Origin: an uncultured Candidatus Bathyarchaeia archaeon
Lineage (GTDB): Archaea > Thermoproteota > Bathyarchaeia > Bathyarchaeales > Bathycorpusculaceae
Reading direction: 5' to 3'
Length of the DNA stretch: 18,509 nt
Assembly: GCA_964450845.1 (NCBI GenBank)
Contig: CAYVGZ010000025.1
Coordinates: 1 to 18,509 of the forward strand
Under the pieces are notes generated by a model. It was given only the letters and a program-made list of their open reading frames with translations. It made no database searches and was not told the origin of the DNA. Of the stretch, positions 8,489-16,797 are shown piece after piece. Every line of letters starts with the position of its first letter. Position 1 is the stretch's first letter. Made by a program: the position numbers and the translations under genes.

Positions 8489-9490
8489 TTACTTCACAAT
8501 TTTGGCTGTTAAAGAAGCCGCAGGCTCCTGCATTCCTGGCTTAATATAAGCCCAACACAAGTTTGGAGAATTGTGTGCTGCACCAATTTCTCCGTGAACG
8601 TCAATAGAGATTAGCCCCATATGGTTGTACACAGATGGTATTTTTCTGTCAACAAGTCTTATTGCTAGTTCGACAGCTTCCTGAGCCGTTTTTCCATTCT
8701 CCATATAACTGCAAACAGTCTTTGCCAAAACAAGCCTTATGGCTATTTCACCAATACCAGTTGCAGAGCACGCACCAGCTTGGTTATCCGCGTATGTACC
8801 GCATCCAATCAATGGTGAATCTCCAATCCTTCCGGGAAGTTTTAAGGGAAAGCCTCCAGTTGAGGTTGCGGCTGCAACGTTTCCATCGGCGTCTAGGGCA
8901 ACTGCGCCCACAGTTTCAAGCATAAAGAGTTCTGGATAAGTTTTAACCAAATCAGCCAGCCTAGGCAGTTCAAATTTTCCATCAAGCAAGACTTTTTTCT
9001 GTTGTTCATAATATTTTAGCCTAAGTTCCGTTATCGGATTTCTTCTTTCAAGGTTAAAGATTCTGGCGAGTTTTTCTGCTCCTTCGCCAACAACAAAAAC
9101 ATGATCTGTTTTTTCCATGATTATCTTTGCTAAATGAACAGGATTTTTGATGTCTTTTAATAGCCCGGTAGCGCCGGCTTGCAGTGTTTTTCCATCCATA
9201 ATTGATGCTTCCATTTCCACACTTTTTTCTATGTTCAAACTCGAGCCACAACCAGCATTAAATGCACCGTCATCCTCCATGACCATAACGGCTTCCATGA
9301 CGCTGTCAACTGCACTTCCTCCCTTTTTTAGAATTTCAAACCCATTTTTTGCGGCTCTTTTAACTCCCTCTAGACCAGCTTGGCTACGTTCAGGCTGCCA
9401 GGTTCCAGCACCACCATGAACGATGATTACCGGTTTTTGTGTGTCTGTCAACTGCAGCTTCTCCTCATTAAAGGGGATTAGTAAACTCAT
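8489..9490 (-). CDS. Isoaspartyl peptidase / L-asparaginase (Ntn-hydrolase, asparaginase type 2 family)
   Basis: IIVHGGAG, FNAGCGS, MEASIMDG, KNPVHLA, autocleavage nucleophile TVGAVALD, AATSTGG, GRIGDSPLIGCGTYA and SATGIGE. The true start may be the TTG at 9451. Confidence 0.93.
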   Translation of the reverse strand: MSLLIPFNEEKLQLTDTQKPVIIVHGGAGTWQPERSQAGLEGVKRAAKNGFEILKKGGSAVDSVMEAVMVMEDDGAFNAGCGSSLNIEKSVEMEASIMDGKTLQAGATGLLKDIKNPVHLAKIIMEKTDHVFVVGEGAEKLARIFNLERRNPITELRLKYYEQQKKVLLDGKFELPRLADLVKTYPELFMLETVGAVALDADGNVAAATSTGGFPLKLPGRIGDSPLIGCGTYADNQAGACSATGIGEIAIRLVLAKTVCSYMENGKTAQEAVELAIRLVDRKIPSVYNHMGLISIDVHGEIGAAHNSPNLCWAYIKPGMQEPAASLTAKIVK

Positions 9491-9560
9491 GTAGCTTAAA
9501 TTTAAGTTTAGTGTTCTACAACCATCAAAATAGATAAATCTTTGTAGTGAGGTGTTAAAA

Positions 9561-9628
9561 GTGGGATGATGTGAGGCGACGGCAAGGAGCCATAAGCTGT
9601 GAAAAAGCCACTAACCTGCACTGACCTC
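9561..9628 (+). ncRNA. Box C/D 2'-O-methylation guide sRNA candidate (predicted 16S h34 targets)
   Basis: C box AUGAUGU (9566-9572), D' AGGA (9585-9588), C' GUGAAAA (9599-9605), D CUGA (9621-9624). Both box pairs can form K-turns. Guides are GGCGACGGC and ACUAACCUGC. It lies in an ORF-free gap, with a TATA-like ATAAATC at 9534-9540. Confidence 0.75.
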
Positions 9629-9730
9629 AAATTAGCCTACGACGTTTTTAATCGAGTCTTCTTTTAGAAACATTAAATTTACCTACAGATTAATAATAAT
9701 GTGGCATCTTCATTGCAATTGGTGTAGATT

Positions 9731-10255
9731 ATGCTAGGCGATTTTAACCTTTTAGCCACAACTTGGCGTAGAAACGAGGAAAATGCTTGTTCCGAGTTAC
9801 GGTATCTGCTTGAAGAAATTGGTGATTCAGCACCAACTGTTGATAAAACTGGCATTGCTGGCTTAATTACTGCGAAAACGGCTTTTAACCCCTTTGACGC
9901 TATAGAAAAGCTTCGCAAAATTTTGCATGAACGTCCCTACGAGTTTCGTTATACGCTTAGGATAATTCCCGTTGAAAAAGTTGTGTACACAGATTTAGAC
10001 GAAATTCAACAAGCAGCCAGTGAACTCGGTTCTAAAATAGGCGCGGACGAAACTTTCCGCGTTACAGTTGAGAAACGTTTTACGGAAACCCCTACACAGG
10101 GCATCATCGAAGCCGCTGCAGCAAATATTGAACGAAAAGTCAACCTAAACAATCCTGACAAAATCCTCTTGATCGAAGTTGTTGGCAGATTAACTGGAGT
10201 GTCAGTGATAAAACCTGAAGAAATCTTGGCCGTTATGAAGGAAAAAATGTTGTAA
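9731..10255 (+). CDS. Stand-alone THUMP-domain RNA-binding protein (Tan1/THUMPD1-like)
   Basis: 174 aa; N-terminal ferredoxin-like part (FNLLATT...ELRYLL, GIAGLI, FRYTLRIIP) plus THUMP core TFRVTVEKR...VNLNNPDKILLIEVVG. No catalytic domain attached. Confidence 0.88.
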   Translation: MLGDFNLLATTWRRNEENACSELRYLLEEIGDSAPTVDKTGIAGLITAKTAFNPFDAIEKLRKILHERPYEFRYTLRIIPVEKVVYTDLDEIQQAASELGSKIGADETFRVTVEKRFTETPTQGIIEAAAANIERKVNLNNPDKILLIEVVGRLTGVSVIKPEEILAVMKEKML

Positions 10256-10256
10256 A

Positions 10257-10823
10257 CTAACGCTGGGTCGCTGTTAACGCCATTCGTTCAATGACGAGAT
10301 TTGTTAAGGCTTCTTTTAAATCATCTTTTTTCATGACAGTTTTAAGCTCTGAATCTGAAATTTCAAAAGTCTTTTGGATGATTCTCTTCTTTTCTCCTGT
10401 TAACTCGAGAACTATGTCTTCGAGTTGCGCGGTAGCATTTGCTGAAATCATCGATAAAGCTGATTTTACGGCTTCAGAATTTTCTCCAATTATTAGCACC
10501 GCTATCTCTGATGTTTCAGACTTGATTCCAAGAAGTTCCATGGCCTTTCGGATTTGTCGTTGCGTAGAAGCGTAAAGCATTGTTTCCATCGCTAAACTTT
10601 TTGAAATGTTCCTATTGTTTTTGAAAGCTGTTAACGCATTCAAAACTGCAAAGTACAGGTGCTGCCATGTAGTTACATATTTAGCGTCAAAAAATTGGGT
10701 TTCCACGTTTGACCCCTTTTTCTTGCACATATTTTCTAAAAATTCTTCTAAATCCTTAATTTTCACGTTTCTAAAGCCCGTTATTGCGGCGTACTTCCCA
10801 AATTCCTCGATGTATTTTAGCAC
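10257..10823 (-). CDS. cgi121: KEOPS complex subunit Cgi121
   Basis: QFFDAKYVTTWQHLYFAVLNAL...NISKSLAMETMLYASTQRQIRKAMELLGIK and C-terminal LVIERMAL fit the archaeal Cgi121 pattern. GTG start overlaps the PRT stop. Confidence 0.85.
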   Translation of the reverse strand: MLKYIEEFGKYAAITGFRNVKIKDLEEFLENMCKKKGSNVETQFFDAKYVTTWQHLYFAVLNALTAFKNNRNISKSLAMETMLYASTQRQIRKAMELLGIKSETSEIAVLIIGENSEAVKSALSMISANATAQLEDIVLELTGEKKRIIQKTFEISDSELKTVMKKDDLKEALTNLVIERMALTATQR

Positions 10824-11428
10824 TTTTCTTCCTCAAGAATTTCCTTCAGAAATTTTTCAACAAGCTCTGCGGATATTCCAGCCTTAACAAGTTTCGCAGT
10901 TTCTTCTTCTGTAGGTGTTTTCTTTTCCCTGCATCTTTTAACGATTTTTCGGACAGTTTCTTTTATCTCCCATGGAAAAACTATCCATTTGCTTGTTTCC
11001 TTTTCGTAATAATCTGGTTTGACAATGCTCCAAGGCTTGTAATAGACTGTGGCTATTTTGACTTCCGTGGCGCCCTTTTCAATAATGTGCTCTTTTACAA
11101 GTTTCAAACTTTTGCCAGTATCAGCGACTTCATCTACAACAAGCACTTTTTTGCCAGCGACTTTCATAGAAACTGGCTGCGTTAATGTTGGTTCGCCTTT
11201 TGTTTCCGCCACCCCCAAATAGAATTCGGCTTTAACATTTGCAAGGTTAGGGTTACCCATTAAGTCTGATAAGACTCTGGCTGGTGGCCATCCGCCTCTG
11301 GAAACTCCTACAATTATGTCTGGATTGAACCTGTTTTTCCTGATTTTTTCGGCTAGATCCAGAAGCATACTGTATATCTGATTCCATGTAGGAACCTCGA
11401 ACTCGAGTTTTAAGTTCACTTGCGTCAT
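10817..11428 (-). CDS. Type I phosphoribosyltransferase (archaeal hypoxanthine/xanthine-guanine PRT-like)
   Basis: PDIIVGVSRGGWPPAR, PRPP-binding VLVVDEVADTGKSL, KPDYY and WIVFPWE. Confidence 0.9.
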   Translation of the reverse strand: MTQVNLKLEFEVPTWNQIYSMLLDLAEKIRKNRFNPDIIVGVSRGGWPPARVLSDLMGNPNLANVKAEFYLGVAETKGEPTLTQPVSMKVAGKKVLVVDEVADTGKSLKLVKEHIIEKGATEVKIATVYYKPWSIVKPDYYEKETSKWIVFPWEIKETVRKIVKRCREKKTPTEEETAKLVKAGISAELVEKFLKEILEEEKC

Positions 11429-11506
11429 CTCTCTTGAATAGAATATAAGTTATAAAAAACGTTTATTAAAAAAGATAAAAAATATATAAAAAAGAGGACG
11501 TTAATT

Positions 11507-12415
11507 TTAAGCAGATTTTGGTTTTTTGGCTCCGTACAATATTGCTCCAACGCCTACTAGTACAAATCCTAGACCGAGTAGTATGTAGCCATAGGCTTGA
11601 TTCATTATAGCTTGTGCTTCTAACATTGCTGCATCTGCTGTCTTCTTAGTAGCATTCAATTCAGCGTCTTCCATTTCTACCCCTTTGTCTCCTTCGACAG
11701 CAAATGCATCATCATACAGGTCTACGGCATTTTGATAGTGTGTTTTTGCTGCGGTAAAGTTTCCGATTGCCCAATAAGTGTCACCTTGAGATGCCTCAAC
11801 GCCAGCTTTAGTTGCTGACAGGCAACCTTCTGTGGTGCCGAAATAGTATGGAGGATAAGCACTCGCATATGCTTCGTATGTTCTAGACAAGTCCATAGCA
11901 TCTTTTTGATCCTGCGACCATACCACAAACAGATAATCATAGCTCCTTGTCCAAGTATTAGTATAATTGGATCCATAATAAGTATAATTGTATGTGGCAT
12001 ATGCAGTGTATGTATGTGCCCATGCGCTGGAAGCATCACCTTCGTCTGCTTCGAAACTAACTTCAAAATATTTGGTCTCGGCATAGTCTATCTGGACCGG
12101 CAACGTCGTGCTGCAACTCTTGTTTAAGCCCCAATCAAACACCATAAATATATCTGTAACATTTATGTTATCGCCGTAGCCATAGCCAGGATACAGATCA
12201 TTGTATATTGGTATTGTAACATGAACCATGGAACCGTCCACGTATGCAACAATGTACTTACCGTAATAACTGTCATAGCCCTTGTATACGTAGGTTCCTG
12301 GTTCCCAAATGAACGATTGAATTGATGCTTTCGCAGGTTTAAACGTAGACGCAAAAATCAAAGTAGCTAAAAGGGCAGTGAGCAACACTGTTGAAATTTT
12401 TCCTGTTTTTTTCAT
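11507..12415 (-). CDS. Exported, C-terminally membrane-anchored surface protein of unknown function
   Basis: Signal peptide MKKTGK-hydrophobic-AKA; Tyr/Thr-rich beta-like region; Ala-rich helical region; C-terminal TM YILLGLGFVLVGVGAILY followed by basic KKPK. Six N-x-S/T sequons. Confidence 0.85.
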   Translation of the reverse strand: MKKTGKISTVLLTALLATLIFASTFKPAKASIQSFIWEPGTYVYKGYDSYYGKYIVAYVDGSMVHVTIPIYNDLYPGYGYGDNINVTDIFMVFDWGLNKSCSTTLPVQIDYAETKYFEVSFEADEGDASSAWAHTYTAYATYNYTYYGSNYTNTWTRSYDYLFVVWSQDQKDAMDLSRTYEAYASAYPPYYFGTTEGCLSATKAGVEASQGDTYWAIGNFTAAKTHYQNAVDLYDDAFAVEGDKGVEMEDAELNATKKTADAAMLEAQAIMNQAYGYILLGLGFVLVGVGAILYGAKKPKSA

Positions 12416-12540
12416 ATTAACCCCTTAAGTTAATCGATTATATCCATATTGGTATAAAAAACTTGCTAAAAAATTCGCAAGACTTTTTATATTTCCGAGC
12501 TAGAGTTACGTCTAAACGTCAGTTAGAGGGTTATAAATTG

Positions 12541-13461
12541 TTGAAAAAGGTTTTCGAGTGTGTTCCTAACTTTAGCACGTCTAATCCTAAGATTGTAGAA
12601 ATGATTCTTAAGGAGATTAAAAAAACTCCGAACGCACTTCTTTTGGACTATACTTTCGACGACTATTATAACAGACTTGTTATTTCTTTTGTTGGCAACA
12701 AAAAGTCAGTGCTTGAGGCTGCTTTAAATGCGTCTTCTAAGGGCGTAGAATTGATTGACATGCGGAAACATAAGGGTCAGCATCCGCGCTTAGGTGCGGT
12801 TGACGTAGTACCATTTATTCCAATAAGAAATGTCACTTTGAAAGATTGCGTTGAACTTGCCAAAAGGTTTGGTCAAGCCTTGGCAAAAAAGACTGGTGTA
12901 CCCGTTTATCTTTACGGTGAAGCACAGTCGAAGCCTGAGCGGAAAGATTTAGACTGGATCCGTGAGGGGGAATACGAAAAGTTAGAGAAGATGATTGTTA
13001 AGCCTGGCCGCGAACCCGATTTCGGTCCGGCTAAGTTTATTCCTAAATCTGGTGCTACGATTACTGGTGCTCGTAAAGTTATGGTTGGGTTTAATGTGAA
13101 TTTGGGTACTGCTGATTTGAAGGTTGCTAAGAAAATTGCAAAGGCTTTGCATGCGGATAAGGGGGGCTTCTCAAATGTTAAGGCTATGGCTGCGTTTGTT
13201 CCTGAGAAAAATGTTACGCAGATAGGCATGAGTATAAGCGATTTTGAGAAGACGCCGCTTTATCGTGTTTTTGAAATGCTTAGGGTGGAATGTGCTCGTT
13301 ACAATGTGCCGATAGTGGGCTCGGAATTTTGTGGTATGGTTCCTTTAAAAGCTCTTGTTGACATAGCCTCGTATTATTTGAAAATTGACAATTTAACCGA
13401 AGACCGAGTGCTAGAGATAGCTGTGCAAAATGCTATGGAAAAAGGCGGTGCCTTTGAGTAA
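12541..13461 (+). CDS. ftcD: Glutamate formimidoyltransferase (FTCD formiminotransferase domain only)
   Basis: ECVPNFS, NRLVISF, IDMRKHKGQHPRLGAVDVVPFIP (catalytic His motif), VPVYLY, GATITGAR, FNVNL and GSEFCGMVP. No cyclodeaminase domain. Start inferred at TTG 12538/12541 rather than 12463. Confidence 0.93.
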   Translation: MKKVFECVPNFSTSNPKIVEMILKEIKKTPNALLLDYTFDDYYNRLVISFVGNKKSVLEAALNASSKGVELIDMRKHKGQHPRLGAVDVVPFIPIRNVTLKDCVELAKRFGQALAKKTGVPVYLYGEAQSKPERKDLDWIREGEYEKLEKMIVKPGREPDFGPAKFIPKSGATITGARKVMVGFNVNLGTADLKVAKKIAKALHADKGGFSNVKAMAAFVPEKNVTQIGMSISDFEKTPLYRVFEMLRVECARYNVPIVGSEFCGMVPLKALVDIASYYLKIDNLTEDRVLEIAVQNAMEKGGAFE

Positions 13462-14773
13462 AGCTGTTAAATCAAGGGCGAGAGAAAAGGCAGACTGGCT
13501 CATTGTAAACGCTGAAGAGCTTATTACACTTGTTGGTGGTAGCCAGAAGCCACGTATAGGGCAGCAGATGCAGGAGCTTGGAATAATATACAACGGGGGT
13601 TTAGCGGTTAAGGATGGTAGAATAGTTGCTGTCGGGAAGACTTCTGATGTTACAAAAGTTTTCAAAGCTGAAAACGTGATAAGGGCAAACGGAAAAATTG
13701 TTTTGCCAGGTTTTGTCGATCCGCATACGCATCTTGTTTTTGCTGGTTCGCGGGAGGATGAGTTTCAGATGCGGGTTGAAGGCGCCTACTACATGGTGAT
13801 TCTTCGCTCTGGCGGTGGCATATTCAAAACCGTTAAAGAAACAAGAAAGGCAAGCGCTGAAAAACTTGTGGATTTTGGTCTTAAAACGCTTGATGTCATG
13901 TTGGAGCATGGTACAACCACTGTAGAAGCCAAAAGTGGCTATGGTTTGACCACGAAGGATGAATTGAAAATTTTGGAGGCAATAAAGCGTTTATATCAGT
14001 TGCATGCCGTTGATGTTGTTCCAACTTTTTTGGGGGCTCATGCCATTCCTCCCGAATTGCAGAGCAATCCAATTGATTATGTTCACCTCGTTATTGAAGA
14101 GATGATTCCAAAAGTGGCTGAGAAGGGGCTTGCTGAGTTTTGTGATGTTTTCTGCGAGAAAGGCGTTTTCAGTTTAGAACAGACTAGACGTATTTTGGTT
14201 GCTGGCAAGAAATATGGTTTGAAGCCTAAGGTTCATGCTGACGAGATGAGTATGCTTGGCGGTGCAGAGCTTGCAGCAGACATTGGGGCTACTTCTGCAG
14301 ACCATTTGCTCTTTTCTTCTGACGAAGGCATTAAAGCCATGGCAGATAAGAGTGTGGTCGCGGTTTTGATTCCAGCAGCTGCCTTCAGCCTGATGGGTGG
14401 GCGGTATGCGGATGCCAGAAAAATGGTAGACTTTGGTGTTCCTGTGGCTTTGGGCACCGATTTTAATCCTAGTTGTTGGGTTGAAAATCAACAGTTGGTC
14501 ATAGCCTTTGCTTGTCATTTCATGAGGTTGACGGCGGCTGAAGCCATAACTGCAGCCACGATAAACGCTGCTCATGCCATAGGTCGGGCAAATGAAGTTG
14601 GCAGTTTAGAGGTTGGGAAAAAGGCTGATGTTATTGTTTTAGATGTGCCTAATCACAAGTTTCTTGGCTATCGTTTTGGCGTGAATCTCGTGGACAAGGT
14701 TATGAAAAATGGAAGGTTAGTTGTTGATAAAGAAAAACAAGGTGAAACTGTGTTTTTGCGTGAGACAGAGTGA
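13454..14773 (+). CDS. hutI: Imidazolonepropionase
   Basis: PGFVDPHTHLVFAGSREDEF, GTTTVEAKSGYGL, TFLGAHAIP, DVFCEKGVF, KVHADE, SADHL, ALGTDFNP and GSLEVGKKAD. Likely TTG start at 13454, overlapping the ftcD stop. Confidence 0.95.
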   Translation: MSKAVKSRAREKADWLIVNAEELITLVGGSQKPRIGQQMQELGIIYNGGLAVKDGRIVAVGKTSDVTKVFKAENVIRANGKIVLPGFVDPHTHLVFAGSREDEFQMRVEGAYYMVILRSGGGIFKTVKETRKASAEKLVDFGLKTLDVMLEHGTTTVEAKSGYGLTTKDELKILEAIKRLYQLHAVDVVPTFLGAHAIPPELQSNPIDYVHLVIEEMIPKVAEKGLAEFCDVFCEKGVFSLEQTRRILVAGKKYGLKPKVHADEMSMLGGAELAADIGATSADHLLFSSDEGIKAMADKSVVAVLIPAAAFSLMGGRYADARKMVDFGVPVALGTDFNPSCWVENQQLVIAFACHFMRLTAAEAITAATINAAHAIGRANEVGSLEVGKKADVIVLDVPNHKFLGYRFGVNLVDKVMKNGRLVVDKEKQGETVFLRETE

Positions 14774-14784
14774 ACATTATTCTG

Positions 14785-15030
14785 CTACGCTTTTGGTTTC
14801 AATGCTTTTCTCGCGAATGTAAAGATTAACCATACTATTATGCCGTAGATTACTCCGTTAAAGACTGCTGCTAGCAACGTTCTAACTGGGATTCCACTCC
14901 ACTCTATCGTTGAGTCTATTCCCATAGCATCACTGATTGAATTGCCTGGAGGTAGTTCAGCGTAAGCTAAGGTTGCGGCAAGGAAGATTACGAAAGCAAT
15001 TACAAATACTATTGCTCCTTCTCCTCTCAT
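14785..15030 (-). CDS. Small two-TM membrane protein of unknown function
   Basis: 81 aa with two hydrophobic helices separated by a polar loop; fills the gap between hutI and hutU on the opposite strand. Confidence 0.7.
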   Translation of the reverse strand: MRGEGAIVFVIAFVIFLAATLAYAELPPGNSISDAMGIDSTIEWSGIPVRTLLAAVFNGVIYGIIVWLIFTFARKALKPKA

Positions 15031-15139
15031 TTTGTTTCTCCCCGTTAGACTAGGCTATGATTATTGCCTCCTAATAAATTTGATTGAATGGCAAAGAATT
15101 ATAACATGTTTCTACATTCTGGTTTACGGTGAAAACACA

Positions 15140-16795
15140 TTGAAGATTGAGAAGCCTGTTAAATGTTTGACTGGCCCAGAACTGCATTGTAAAAATTGGC
15201 AGATTGAAGGCGTTCTTCGCATGCTTTGTAATGTTGTTGACCCAGAAGTGGCTAAGGACCCTGAAAGGCTCATTGTTTATGGCGGGACGGGTAAGGCTGC
15301 GCGGAATTGGGAATGTTTTGAGCGAATTGTTGAGACTTTAACAGAGCTTGAACCAGACGAAACCATGCTCATTCAAAGCGGTAAGCCTGTGGCTGTTTTT
15401 AAAACTCATGAGTGGGCTCCAAGAGCCCTAATAGTCAATGCTATGCTTGTTCCAAAATGGGCTACTTGGGACTATTTCTACGAGTTGGAGCAGAAAGGAC
15501 TAATCATGTTTGGACAGATGACTGCTGGTTCATGGGCTTACATTGGCACGCAAGGCATTTTGCAGGGCACTTATGAGACATTAGCTGCTGTGGGGAAGGA
15601 ACATTTTGTCGGTTCTTTACGTGGAAGGCTTGTTTTGACTGCTGGTTTGGGTGAGATGGGCGGGGCTCAGCCTCTGGCTGTAACTATGAATGGTGGGGTT
15701 GCGTTGGTTGTGGAAATTGACAAGCGAGCAATTGAGAGAAGGCTGAAGCATGGTTACTTAGAGGCTTGGACGGATGACTTAAATGAAGCTGTGGATATGG
15801 CTTTAGAGGCCAAGCGTGAAGGTGTACCAAAGAGTATAGGTTTGTTGGGAAATGCAGCTGAGGTGCATCCTGAACTTCTGCGAAGAAATATAATTCCAGA
15901 CGTTTTAACAGACCAAACGTCTGCTCACGATCCTTTGAACGGTTACTATCCTGCTGGCTTTTCTAAGGAAGGTGCTGACGAGCTTAGGGAGAATAATCCA
16001 GAAGAGTATTTACAGCATGCAAGTGAGAGTATGCGTGTTCACGTGGAAACTATGGTTAAGATGATGCAGAAAGGCGCTGTAACCTTTGAGTATGGTAACA
16101 ACTTGCGTCAGCGAGCCTATGATGCTGGGTTTAAAGACGCTTTTGCATATCCAGGCTTTGTGCAACGTTATATTAGACCAATGTTCTGCGAAGGTCGTGG
16201 GCCTTTCCGTTGGGCTTCCCTTGTTGGCAGCAAAGAGGACATTTACACACTTGACGACGCAATTTTGAAGGAGTTTGCCTATAACAAAGAATTGTGCCGC
16301 TGGATAGAGAAGGCAAAAGAAAAAGTGAAATTTCAAGGGTTGCCAGCGCGGGTTTGTTGGCTTGGCTTCGGCGAAAGGGCAAGATTCGGCAAGATTATAA
16401 ATGACATGGTTGCAGATGGAAGGCTTTCCGGACCAGTTTGGATTGGACGCGACCATTTGGACGGTGGAAGTGTTGCTTCGCCTAACCGAGAAACGGAAGG
16501 CATGATGGATGGAAGCGACGCAGTTGCAGATTGGCCTATACTTAATGCCTTGTTGAATGCTGTGGGTGGAGCAACATGGGTTAGTGTGCATCATGGTGGC
16601 GGCGTGGGCATAGGTTATAGTATTCATGCTGGCATGTGCTTGGTGGCTGACGGCACAAAAGAAGCAGAAAAACGCATAATGACAGTTTTAACAACAGACC
16701 CTGGAACAGCCATAGTAAGGCACGCAGACGCAGGATACAAAGAAGCACAAAAAATAGCAAGAGAAAAAGGCGTTAAAATGCCTATGTTAAAGTAG
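15140..16795 (+). CDS. hutU: Urocanate hydratase
   Basis: [24 protein letters not shown]-like [81 protein letters not shown] and SVHHGGGVG. Start inferred at TTG 15140 with GGTGA SD. Confidence 0.97.
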   Translation: MKIEKPVKCLTGPELHCKNWQIEGVLRMLCNVVDPEVAKDPERLIVYGGTGKAARNWECFERIVETLTELEPDETMLIQSGKPVAVFKTHEWAPRALIVNAMLVPKWATWDYFYELEQKGLIMFGQMTAGSWAYIGTQGILQGTYETLAAVGKEHFVGSLRGRLVLTAGLGEMGGAQPLAVTMNGGVALVVEIDKRAIERRLKHGYLEAWTDDLNEAVDMALEAKREGVPKSIGLLGNAAEVHPELLRRNIIPDVLTDQTSAHDPLNGYYPAGFSKEGADELRENNPEEYLQHASESMRVHVETMVKMMQKGAVTFEYGNNLRQRAYDAGFKDAFAYPGFVQRYIRPMFCEGRGPFRWASLVGSKEDIYTLDDAILKEFAYNKELCRWIEKAKEKVKFQGLPARVCWLGFGERARFGKIINDMVADGRLSGPVWIGRDHLDGGSVASPNRETEGMMDGSDAVADWPILNALLNAVGGATWVSVHHGGGVGIGYSIHAGMCLVADGTKEAEKRIMTVLTTDPGTAIVRHADAGYKEAQKIAREKGVKMPMLK

Positions 16796-16797
16796 CG

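Noticed and set aside
4959-9419. Alternative-frame and antisense ORFs inside top6B, cdd, ABCE1 and the asparaginase gene
   Set aside because: Fully overlapped by confident genes and lacking protein-like features.
5945-10255. cdd plus THUMP as a split CDAT8-like tRNA C-to-U editing system
   Set aside because: The deaminase has ordinary free-nucleoside CDA motifs (CAE, PCGAC), and the two genes are 3.3 kb apart on opposite strands with other genes between them.
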